DNA from: an uncultured Spirochaetaceae bacterium
GTDB lineage: Bacteria > Myxococcota_A > UBA9160 > UBA4427
Assembly: GCA_964435795.1 (NCBI GenBank)
Contig: CAYTAT010000004.1
Location: 28,955 to 92,954 of the forward strand
Reading direction: 5' to 3'
Length of the DNA: 64,000 nt
The notes beneath the pieces were generated by a model, which saw nothing but the letters and a program-made list of their open reading frames with translations, ran no database searches and was not told the origin of the DNA. Positions 54,781-62,967 of the stretch are shown here, piece after piece; position 1 is the stretch's first letter; each line of letters starts with the position of its first letter. The position numbers and the translations under genes are program-made.

Positions 54781-55929
54781 ATGCGGCGAGAGATCTTCAC
54801 GGATGAACACGAGCACTTTCGAGCCGAATTTCGACGCTTCGCCGAGGCGGAAATCCTGCCCCATCTCGAAGAGTGGAATCAGCGGGGTATCAGCGATCGG
54901 GCCGCCTGGCTCAAGATGGGAAAGGCCGGCTTCCTCGGTGCCAACGCTCCGGAGGAATACGGAGGGGCCGGCGCCGATTTCATTTTCGACGCCATCGTCA
55001 TGGAAGAACTCGCCTATCTGCGCGCCCATGCCCTGCAGGCGTCTCTGCATACGGATATCTGCATGCCGTATCTGACTTCCTATGGTTCGAAAATGCAGAA
55101 GGAGAAGTACCTGGCCCCCGCCATCCGCGGGGAATGCCTGCTCGCCATCGCGATGACAGAGCCCGGCACCGGATCCGATCTCGCCAACGTACAGACCCGG
55201 GCGCTTCGTGACGGAGACGAGTACGTGGTGAACGGCGCCAAGACCTTCATCTCGAACGGCCAGAACTGCGATCTGGTCATCGTCGTGGCCCGCACCAATC
55301 CCGATGCGGAGTCACCGCATCAGGGCATCAGCCTGATTCTCGTCGAGGCCGATACGCCTGGTTTTGAGCGCGGGCGGAATCTCGAAAAGCTGGGTCTGAA
55401 GGGACAGGATACGAGCGAACTCTTCTTCAATGATTGCCGCGTTCCCGCCGAGAATCTGCTGGGCGCAGAGGGCCAGGGCTTCAAGTTGCTGATGGCGAAG
55501 CTGCAACAGGAGCGGCTCTGTATCGGGGTCGGGGCGATCGCCTCCTGTCGCCGAACCCTCGACGATACCCTGGAGTATGTGAAGGAGCGCAAGGCCTTCG
55601 GCAAGTCGATCGCACAATTCCAGAATACCCAATTCAAATTGGCGGAACTCGCGACCGAGGTGGAGATCGGCCAGGCCTTCGTGGATAAACTGCTGGCAGC
55701 CCACGTCCGGGCAGAGGAGATCGTATCCGAGGTCAGCATGGCCAAGTGGTGGACCACGGACCTCCAGCGTCGTCTCTCCGCCGAATGTCTGCAGTTCTTC
55801 GGCGGCTACGGATTCATGGATGAATATCCGGTGTCGCGGGATTATGCGGATGCGGCGGTTCAGACCATCTACGCCGGGACGAATGAAATCATGAAGGTCA
55901 TCATCGCGCGCCGACTGGGGCTGGAATGA
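54781..55929 (+). CDS. Acyl-CoA dehydrogenase
   Basis: FTDEHEHFRAEFRRFAE..., AMTEPGTGSDL, GAKTFISNG, QFFGGYGFMDEYPVSRDYADA..IYAGTNEI. Trimmed to ATG 54781. Confidence 0.9.
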   Translation: MRREIFTDEHEHFRAEFRRFAEAEILPHLEEWNQRGISDRAAWLKMGKAGFLGANAPEEYGGAGADFIFDAIVMEELAYLRAHALQASLHTDICMPYLTSYGSKMQKEKYLAPAIRGECLLAIAMTEPGTGSDLANVQTRALRDGDEYVVNGAKTFISNGQNCDLVIVVARTNPDAESPHQGISLILVEADTPGFERGRNLEKLGLKGQDTSELFFNDCRVPAENLLGAEGQGFKLLMAKLQQERLCIGVGAIASCRRTLDDTLEYVKERKAFGKSIAQFQNTQFKLAELATEVEIGQAFVDKLLAAHVRAEEIVSEVSMAKWWTTDLQRRLSAECLQFFGGYGFMDEYPVSRDYADAAVQTIYAGTNEIMKVIIARRLGLE

Positions 55930-56021
55930 GATTTCTCCGCAGCTTCGCGAGTTCGGCCCGGCTTCCCCGAGCCTCTGCGAGTCCGGCTTCCCGGGTCGCG
56001 CCCCTCGGAGAAGAGAAGTAG

Positions 56022-56294
56022 ATGGCCGCGACGGAGGGGCTCTCGCTCTACCACTATCGGGCTTGTGCCTTCTGCGCGCGGGTTCGCAGAGCGACGGAAC
56101 GCCTGGGGCTGGAGCTGGAATTGCGCGACGTCCAGCTGGAGTCCGAACGGCGGGCGGAACTCATGGCCGCGACGGGTCGCGGGACCGTCCCGGTTCTGCG
56201 CATCGAGGAGGCCCCGGGCGAAATTCGCTGGCTGCCGGAATCCAGCGATATCATCCGTTATCTCGAGGGACGCTTTGGAGATGGGAAGTGCTGA
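56022..56294 (+). CDS. Glutaredoxin-like / GST-N thioredoxin-fold protein
   Basis: LSLYHYRACAFCARV (CxxC), TVPVL, ESSDIIRYLE. Confidence 0.65.
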   Translation: MAATEGLSLYHYRACAFCARVRRATERLGLELELRDVQLESERRAELMAATGRGTVPVLRIEEAPGEIRWLPESSDIIRYLEGRFGDGKC

Positions 56295-56417
56295 TGGTCG
56301 CGGCCCGGAAAGGCCTTCTCGGGGCAGCGTATGGGGTATGAGTTGTCGGCACCGCCCGCTTTCATCGAGATCCATCCAGGCTAGTTTCATCGCTTTCAAT
56401 CGATCAGGAGATAAAGC

Positions 56418-57197
56418 ATGCCCGAGTTCTGCACGACCGAACGCGACGGTCATATTCTCACCGTAACGATCAACCGCCCCGAGGTGATGAATTCACTGCA
56501 TCCCCCGGCCAATTTCGAACTCGACAAGGTCTTCGATGAGTTCGTGGCCGATCCGGAACTCTGGGTCGCGATCCTGACGGGAGCCGGAGACCGAGCCTTC
56601 TCGGCGGGCAACGACCTGAAATTCCAGGCCTCGGAAGGGGGGGCCGCGGTGCAGACCCCCCCGAGTGGCTTCGGCGGGCTGACCTCCCGTTTCGACAATT
56701 TCAAGCCCGTGATCGCGGCAGTGGGGGGGGTTGCGATGGGAGGGGGTTTCGAAATCGCCCTGGCCTGCGACCTGATCGTCGCCTCCGAGAATGCGGTCTT
56801 CGCACTCCCCGAGCCCCGGGTCGGATTGGCGGCCCTGGCTGGAGGTGTACACCGACTTCCGCGGCAGATCGGATTGAAGCGGGCGATGGGGATGCTGCTC
56901 ACCGGGCGCCGAGTCGGCGCCGCCGAGGGGCTCGAACTCGGATTCGTGAACGAAGTGGTCCCCTCCGCGGACCTGATGCCGACGGCCAGGCGCTGGGCGG
57001 ATCAGATCGGCGAGTGCGCGCCGCTATCCGTTCGCGGGAGCAAGCAGGCCGCCATGAAGGGATTGGAGAAGGGCAGCCTCCAGGAAGCCATGGGGGGGCA
57101 ATACGATCTCCTGCGCCAGATGGTCAAGAGCCAGGATTTCATCGAGGGGCCCCTCGCCTTCGCTCAGAAACGCAAGCCCAATTGGAAGGGTGAGTAA
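56418..57197 (+). CDS. Enoyl-CoA hydratase/isomerase (crotonase) family
   Basis: ILTVTINRPEVMNSL, AILTGAGDRAFSAGNDL, GGGFEIALACDL, F.EGP.AF..KR.P.W. Confidence 0.85.
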   Translation: MPEFCTTERDGHILTVTINRPEVMNSLHPPANFELDKVFDEFVADPELWVAILTGAGDRAFSAGNDLKFQASEGGAAVQTPPSGFGGLTSRFDNFKPVIAAVGGVAMGGGFEIALACDLIVASENAVFALPEPRVGLAALAGGVHRLPRQIGLKRAMGMLLTGRRVGAAEGLELGFVNEVVPSADLMPTARRWADQIGECAPLSVRGSKQAAMKGLEKGSLQEAMGGQYDLLRQMVKSQDFIEGPLAFAQKRKPNWKGE

Positions 57198-57270
57198 GCC
57201 GTCCATCCAGCGGTCCGCTTCCCGGCGCTCTCCATGGCTCGGAGATGCGGCCGGGAACTCCGAATGCTCT

Positions 57271-58473
57271 TTAGATCGGATCCGCGGCGATTGCGGCTTC
57301 GATCCGTGCGAGGCCCTCGTCGATCTCCGCCCGGGTGATGATCAGGGCGGGTGCGAGGCGTAGCACGGTCGCCCCCGCTGGGATGGTGAGTACACCCGCT
57401 TCACGGCAGTGCGTGATGACCTCCGCTACCGGCCGGGTCAGCTCCAGCCCCCAGAGGTGCCCGGAGCCCCGGATTTCGATCACCCGCTCCGCTCCCAGTC
57501 GCTCGACCATTTCCTGGAGGGATCGTCCGAGGTATTCGGCGACGTCCGCCGCGGCTTCGAGCACGCCTCCCGAGGTCAATTCATCCAGCACCGCCAGGGC
57601 CGCAGCGGCCGCCAGGGGATTGCCGCCGAAGGTCGAACCGTGGCTGCCCGGTACGAAGCAGCGAGCGAATTTGTTTTTGGCGAGCAGGGCGCCGATCGGA
57701 ATCCCGTTGCCCAATGCTTTTGCAAGGGTCATGAGGTCGGGCTCCACGCCCGTCGCCTGGTGGGCGAAGAGGGGGCCCATGCGTCCCATGCCCGTCTGGA
57801 TTTCATCGAAGATCAGCAGGCAGCCGTTCTCATTCGCGAGTTCGCGGAGCCCCTCGAGAAAACCCGCCGGAGCGGGGCGCACCCCATTCTCGCCCTGGGC
57901 GGGTTCGACGATGATCGCCGCGGTGGAGTCCGAGAGCAGATCCCTGGCGGCGCCGATGTCTCCGTAGGGGGCATGGGAGAAGCCGGGCACCATAGGGCCG
58001 AAGCCCTCGTGGTAGGCCGGGGTGCCCGTGGCCGAGAGGGCGAAGAGCGTGCGTCCGTGGAATCCACCTTCGAAAGCGAGAATCTCGTGGCGGTCCTCGC
58101 CCCGATCCCTCGCGTATCGCCGGGCCAATTTGAGCGCCGCTTCGTTGGCCTCGGTCCCCGAATTGCAGAAATAGGCCTGTTCCGAGAAGCAGAGTTCGTT
58201 CAGGCGCTCGGCGAGAGCCACCTGGGGCCCGCTGGTGAAGTGATTCGAGGCATGCCAGAGCTTTTGCGCCTGATCCTCGAGCGCCGCTACGACCCGGGGA
58301 TGGCAATGGCCCAGAACCACGGTGGCGATCCCCCCCATCATGTCGAGATAAGAGCGTCCCTCGGCGTCATAGAGGCGGCAGCCTTCCCCCCGGTCGAGGC
58401 TGATCGGTTGGGGGAGGTAGTTCGGCGTGAGGGCGGTGGACTGCCGTCGGGCCATTTCTGCGTTCTTATCCAT
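57271..58473 (-). CDS. Class-III PLP aminotransferase (acetylornithine/succinylornithine aminotransferase-like)
   Basis: YLDMMGGIATVVLGHCHP, FCNSGTEANEAALKLAR, LLIFDEIQTGMGR.G, TLAKALGNG, STFGGNPLA. Trimmed to ATG 58473. Confidence 0.85.
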   Translation of the reverse strand: MDKNAEMARRQSTALTPNYLPQPISLDRGEGCRLYDAEGRSYLDMMGGIATVVLGHCHPRVVAALEDQAQKLWHASNHFTSGPQVALAERLNELCFSEQAYFCNSGTEANEAALKLARRYARDRGEDRHEILAFEGGFHGRTLFALSATGTPAYHEGFGPMVPGFSHAPYGDIGAARDLLSDSTAAIIVEPAQGENGVRPAPAGFLEGLRELANENGCLLIFDEIQTGMGRMGPLFAHQATGVEPDLMTLAKALGNGIPIGALLAKNKFARCFVPGSHGSTFGGNPLAAAAALAVLDELTSGGVLEAAADVAEYLGRSLQEMVERLGAERVIEIRGSGHLWGLELTRPVAEVITHCREAGVLTIPAGATVLRLAPALIITRAEIDEGLARIEAAIAADPI

Positions 58474-58641
58474 CGGAATACTCACGGATTGCAGGGGGGA
58501 GAGCGGAAATCGAACGGGGCCCGAGCATAGCCTCTCGAGATGCGGGTGCCCCCGGTCAAGGATTCGGGTGGCCGAAAATGTCTCGGGGCCGCATAGTCGG
58601 GTACCGGAGACGGAGTCCATACACGATGGAGAGGAAGTCTC

Positions 58642-59325
58642 ATGATCATGCAACTCGATGAAGACCTCTGGATCATCGATCATGATTTCTCGATGCTTGG
58701 AATTCCCATTGGAACGCGAACCACTCTTCTGCGTTTGGGAGACGGCGGCCTCTTCATGCACTCCCCCGGTCCCCTCACGCCGGAACTCGTGGATGAGATC
58801 AATGCATTGGGCCCACTGCGCTGCATCGTGGCCCCGAATGAATTTCACCACCTCTACGTAAGCGAGAATGCGGAGGCCTGGCCCGAGGCGCGGGTCTTTC
58901 TCGCGAAGGAATTGCCGAGGAAGCGAAGCGATCTGGATTACGAGGAGGAATTGGCCGATCGGGCCCCGGCGCTCTGGCAGGCGGACCTCGAACAGGTTTG
59001 GATTCAGGGGGCGCCGAGTGTCAACGAGGTGGTCTTCTTCCATCGGCGCTCGCGGTCGCTCATCGTGACCGATCTGGCTTTCAACTTTTCCGGCCGGGGC
59101 CCGCTTCTCTTGCGCCTCTTCCTCTGGATCAACGCAGCTTCTGGCCAGTTGGCGTTCGGGCGCCTCATCAAGATCATGTTCCGGGACCTGGAACTCGCCC
59201 GGGAATCGATCGAGAGGATCTTCAGCTGGGATTTTGAGCGCGTGATTCTATGCCATGGCGAGGTCGTCGAGACCGGCGGCCGGGAAAAACTCCGGCCCTG
59301 CTTTGACTGGCTTCTGAAGCGATGA
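58642..59325 (+). CDS. DUF4336-like protein
   Basis: LWIIDHDFSMLGIPIGTRTTLLRLGDGGLFMHSP.PLTPEL..EI.ALGPLR.IVAPN.FHHL...EVVFFHRRSRSLIVTDL matches my memory of DUF4336. Confidence 0.65.
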   Translation: MIMQLDEDLWIIDHDFSMLGIPIGTRTTLLRLGDGGLFMHSPGPLTPELVDEINALGPLRCIVAPNEFHHLYVSENAEAWPEARVFLAKELPRKRSDLDYEEELADRAPALWQADLEQVWIQGAPSVNEVVFFHRRSRSLIVTDLAFNFSGRGPLLLRLFLWINAASGQLAFGRLIKIMFRDLELARESIERIFSWDFERVILCHGEVVETGGREKLRPCFDWLLKR

Positions 59326-59346
59326 AGATTCAAGGGGAATGCGGTC

Positions 59347-59946
59347 GTGTTGATCCGATCGGTGCACGCTGAAGAGACTTCTGCTCTGGCAAGTCTCCTG
59401 GCGTTGGCATTTCGCGACAATCCCCTCAATCGCGCGGCGATTCGAGGCGATGCCCGACGTCGCTTGAGATCGAATCGGGCCGGGATGAGCGTTAGCCTCG
59501 GCGCCGCAGATTTCGGGGCAGAAATCCGCGTGGCAGCGGCCGAGGATGGACTGCTGGACGGCGGACTCGTCGCCCTTCCCCCATCGCGATGGCCCCCGCC
59601 CCCCCCCGCATTATTCGACCAGCTCAGGCTGCTGGCGATTCAGGGGTTGCCAACGGTACGTCGCTGGGGTGAGGTCCATCAGACGCTTCAAACCCTCCAT
59701 CCCCGGGAACCCCATTGGTATCTCTGGTTGCTGGGCGTCGGGCCCGAAAGGCGTCGGGTCGGCATCGGTTCGGCGCTACTCGATTCCTGGCTCGAAGGGG
59801 TAGATCACGACCGCTCTCCCGCCTATCTCGAAACCGATCGCCGACAGAATCTCGGTTTTTATGGCCGAGCGGGTTTCGAAATCCTGAGGGAGAACGAAGT
59901 CCTGGGTACGCGATTCTGGAGCATGTGGCGGCCCGCAGCGCTCTGA
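59347..59946 (+). CDS. GNAT family N-acetyltransferase
   Basis: LWLLGVGPERRRVGIGSALL (acetyl-CoA-binding motif), AYLETDRRQNLGFYGRAGF. Confidence 0.7.
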   Translation: MLIRSVHAEETSALASLLALAFRDNPLNRAAIRGDARRRLRSNRAGMSVSLGAADFGAEIRVAAAEDGLLDGGLVALPPSRWPPPPPALFDQLRLLAIQGLPTVRRWGEVHQTLQTLHPREPHWYLWLLGVGPERRRVGIGSALLDSWLEGVDHDRSPAYLETDRRQNLGFYGRAGFEILRENEVLGTRFWSMWRPAAL

Positions 59947-60113
59947 CGTGGCCGCGCTGAGCCCTTCGTTGCGCCCGACATTCTCATCTCCACGCCGGAG
60001 GGTCGAATAGCCCGGGCCATCGCGATGCGGGCCGAAGCCAGGCCGCTTCCCGGCGCGGGGGCCGCAAGCGTGCAATGCTGGGGGTTTGGAGACTATTGCC
60101 GGGAGAAAAATTC

Positions 60114-60920
60114 ATGTGGGGTCGACGTTCCGATGGCAGCCCGGTGAGAGGACTATCGACCACGCGTCGTTTCATGCCCTATCTCTCGCCGCGGCGAAAC
60201 GAATCACTGGTCTACTACACCCTCCAGATCGAAGTGGATCGTGCCCTGGAATTTTTGGAAGAGCAGAACCTGGGACGCAGCAGGGAGCGTCGGGTCACGC
60301 TTTTTCATCTCTTCCTGCACAGCCTGGGTCTGGCGCTACACGAGCGGCCCGGTGTCAACCGCTTCGTTGCGGGCGGACGTATCTGGCAGCGTTCCGGTAT
60401 CTGGTTGACCTATAGCGCGAAGCAGGAACTCGTCGACGGTTCTCCTGTCATCACTCTCAAGCACCGCTTCGATCCGGATCAGGAGTTGCTCGAGATGGTC
60501 GATGGATTGCGCGATCCCCTGGCAGAGCGCCGGGGCGGAAAGGAGAGCACCGCCGACAAGGAGGTCAACCTGGCCATACGACTTCCGGGCTTTGCTCTGC
60601 GCGTGTTGCTGGCGCTATTGCGCGGGGCCGATTATCTCGGTCTCCTGCCCGCATCGATGCTGGAAAACGATCCGATGTTTTCATCGGTTTTCGTTGCGAA
60701 TCTTGGCTCTGTGGGCCTCGACGCGGGGTATCACCACCTCTGGGAGTACGGGACCTGCTCGATATTTTCCACTGTAGGGCGTGTGCGGATGCGCGAGGAT
60801 GGCGTTCGCGTGGTCGACGTGAAGTTCAGTTACGACGAGCGAATCGCGGATGGTCTATACGCCGCGATTACTTTAGAGGGTGTCAGAGAACGAATACAGA
60901 AAGTTAATTTCCTTCAATAA
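60114..60920 (+). CDS. Stand-alone 2-oxoacid dehydrogenase E2-type acyltransferase catalytic domain (no lipoyl domain; DHR motif reads DER)
   Basis: VTLFHLFLHSLGLALHERPGVN..., VFVANLGSVGLDAGYHHL, SYDERIADGLYAAITLEGVRERI. GGGAGA upstream of ATG 60114. Confidence 0.65.
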   Translation: MWGRRSDGSPVRGLSTTRRFMPYLSPRRNESLVYYTLQIEVDRALEFLEEQNLGRSRERRVTLFHLFLHSLGLALHERPGVNRFVAGGRIWQRSGIWLTYSAKQELVDGSPVITLKHRFDPDQELLEMVDGLRDPLAERRGGKESTADKEVNLAIRLPGFALRVLLALLRGADYLGLLPASMLENDPMFSSVFVANLGSVGLDAGYHHLWEYGTCSIFSTVGRVRMREDGVRVVDVKFSYDERIADGLYAAITLEGVRERIQKVNFLQ

Positions 60921-60978
60921 TGCTTAAGAAGTTCATATTCCACTAGGGTGAAAACTCCTATCTGCAGTTCTCATATGT

Positions 60979-61006
60979 CTGAATGGAAAGTTGGGAGTCA
61001 TAATTA
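60979..61006 (+). promoter_or_regulatory. Promoter-like CTGAAT-N16-TAATTA inside an AT-rich islet
   Basis: Same -35-like hexamer and 16-nt spacing as the site at 37214-37241. About 170 nt upstream of the terminator at 61178-61209. Confidence 0.2.
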
Positions 61007-61052
61007 CGCTCGTGTCAGTTGTTTTTGGTGTATGGTGAGCAGTGGACGAAAA

Positions 61053-61082
61053 TGGCGATCACAGGCGATCACAGGCGATCAC
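61053..61082. repeat. Perfect tandem direct repeat, 10 bp x3 (GGCGATCACA)
   Basis: Units at 61053-61062, 61063-61072 and 61073-61082, read directly. Confidence 0.95.
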
Positions 61083-61174
61083 AGTAGTGCTCTTATGGTG
61101 GCTTTTGTGTAATCCATTTTGTCGATGACCAAAAGGGCGCCTGAAACTTCTGAGGAGGGGTGAGCCAGGCGTTT

Positions 61175-61210
61175 AAAGGCCGAGACCTAGGTCTCGGCCT
61201 TTGTCTTTTG
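61175..61210. terminator. Intrinsic (bidirectional-type) terminator
   Basis: GGCCGAGAC (61178-61186), loop CTAG, GTCTCGGCC (61191-61199), followed by TTTGTCTTTT and preceded by TTTAAA. Confidence 0.65.
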
Positions 61211-61399
61211 GAAATTCCGCTCGGATCATCAGGGCGAGCAGGGGCCGCGGATGTTTTTCAGCCCGCCTCCAGCCGACTCCGCCGTCGGCTCTCCACGTTA
61301 CGCGGGGCAGTGATTGCGCGGGGGAGTGACGGCTTCGGATGTCCCACTCAGAAGATCCGTTGGTTTCGCGTACCACTGTTGGACAGAAGACGGCCTTCC

Positions 61400-61443
61400 G
61401 GACCGCGACATCCGCTGTGGATGTCAGATGTCGCGAGCGGTCC
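61400..61443. promoter_or_regulatory. Nested/alternative palindromes (GACATCC-N5-GGATGTC; CGCGACATC...GATGTCGCG; GGACCG...CGGTCC)
   Basis: Read directly. The left arm, 61404-61413, can pair with either 61419-61425 or 61427-61435. Located about 220-260 nt upstream of the TetR-family start. Confidence 0.3.
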
Positions 61444-61663
61444 CGTCGGCTGTTGTCGTCGGTCGGCCCGGATGGAGAAAAGAGCCCGCGGCCGCGTTCC
61501 GTGGGATGCTCCCATGCCCGGGCTCGTCCGAATGCGGCCGGATTGCCCGAAAAGGGGCGGAATCCCCCCCTGCGAACCCGTCTTTGTTTTTGCTGGGCCA
61601 CTCAGGGATCGAAGGCCATGGGGCTGGCGGCTTGATCGTGGATATGAGATTTTTTCCCCGTCC

Positions 61664-62365
61664 ATGAAGAGTCCTCAGCGGAAAGCGCGCCTTTCGGGAG
61701 ATTCTTCCGAAAAAGGCAGCAGCGAGTCATCTCTTGGCCCCGATGATGGTCGCCTTCGCCGCGGCCGCCGCAGCCGAGCGCGAATTCTATCGGCCGCTCG
61801 GGAACTCTTTGCGGAGCGCGGCTTCGATCAATCGACGCTTCGCGCCATCGCGGAGCGAGCCGGCATGGGGACCAGTTCCATCTACCGGCACGTCCAGAGC
61901 AAGGAGGAATTGCTCATCGACGGACTGTCGGATCTGCAGGAGGAGGCCTGGCGGAATTTTCGCTGCAGCGACGACCGCGGGGCATCCACCCGCAGTCGGG
62001 TTACCCGCTTCCTGGATTTCCAGCACGCCCTGCTCGTCGAGGATAGCGATCTCACCTTGATCGCCCTGCGGGCCAGCACGCGGCCCGGGGTTCGGGTGGC
62101 TTCGCTGATTCTCGCCCTGAACGACCGCTCCATCGGTCTCCTGATGGAGATTCTCCAGGCGGGGCGAGTGCGCGGCCAGTTGGGTTCGGATGTCGATGTC
62201 CTGGAGGCGGCTCGAGTCATTTTCAACATCACGCAGGGAGCCCGTATCCCCTGGGCAAATGGGATGACGGATGCGGAGAGTTGTCGCCGCGCGATTCAGG
62301 TCGGAGTCAACATGCTCTTCCACGGTCTCGAAAAAAAATCGAGTCCCGATTCCCGCATTCCTTGA
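61664..62365 (+). CDS. TetR/AcrR family transcriptional regulator
   Basis: ILSAARELFAERGFDQSTLRAIAERAGMGTSSIYRHVQSKEELL helix-turn-helix. Trimmed from the 61160 ORF to ATG 61664. Confidence 0.8.
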   Translation: MKSPQRKARLSGDSSEKGSSESSLGPDDGRLRRGRRSRARILSAARELFAERGFDQSTLRAIAERAGMGTSSIYRHVQSKEELLIDGLSDLQEEAWRNFRCSDDRGASTRSRVTRFLDFQHALLVEDSDLTLIALRASTRPGVRVASLILALNDRSIGLLMEILQAGRVRGQLGSDVDVLEAARVIFNITQGARIPWANGMTDAESCRRAIQVGVNMLFHGLEKKSSPDSRIP

Positions 62366-62376
62366 GGCTCCCGGGA

Positions 62377-62967
62377 TCAGGAATTTTCGAGTTTCGAGGA
62401 GACGATCGCCGCCAGGTCGCGATCGCTTTCCACTTCCTCGCGCTTTTGGGCTAGCCAGGTTTCGTATTCGGCTCCATCCCAGCCGCGATGATCGCCGCGC
62501 AGATAGGCCTGGGCGTTGAAGTGGTACTGCCAGGCGTTGAGACGATTATCCCGACTGCTCTTGCGCTCCTTGATCTTCCTGGCGGGGACTCCGGCAATCA
62601 CGCAGTGGGGAGGGAATACGCTGCCTTCGGTGACCATCGCGCCTCCCGCGACGATCGAACCCTCACCGATGACGGCACCATCCATGATCACCGAGTTGAT
62701 CCCGATCAGGCAGTGGTTCTCGATCACGCAGCCGTGGATCGTGGCGTGATGGGTGATGGAACAGAAGTCTCCGATCCGGGTCGAATGGTCATAGCCCACA
62801 TGGGTCATTACGAAATCCTGGATGTTGGTATAACGCCCGATCTCTACCGCCTGGGTTTCGGCGCGAATGACGCTATTCGGCCAGAGAGAGGAACCTTCTC
62901 CGATGCGGATTCGACCGTAGAGTTGGACCTGGGGGGCAATGAAGACACTCTCATGGATCGACTGCAA
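62377..62967 (-). CDS. Gamma-carbonic-anhydrase-like hexapeptide (LbH) protein
   Basis: FIAPQVQLYGRIRIGEGSSLWPNSVIRAE...IGRYTNIQD...IGDFCSITHHATIHGCVIENHCLIGINSVIMDGAVIG. I prefer TTG 62967, preceded by GGAGGAGG, over the 63069 start. Confidence 0.8.
   Translation of the reverse strand: MQSIHESVFIAPQVQLYGRIRIGEGSSLWPNSVIRAETQAVEIGRYTNIQDFVMTHVGYDHSTRIGDFCSITHHATIHGCVIENHCLIGINSVIMDGAVIGEGSIVAGGAMVTEGSVFPPHCVIAGVPARKIKERKSSRDNRLNAWQYHFNAQAYLRGDHRGWDGAEYETWLAQKREEVESDRDLAAIVSSKLENS

Noticed and set aside
60921-61210. The AT-rich islets as insertion sequences or prophage remnants.
   Set aside because: They have no transposase, integrase or recombinase ORF, no terminal inverted repeats, no flanking direct duplications that I could see, and no adjacent tRNA.
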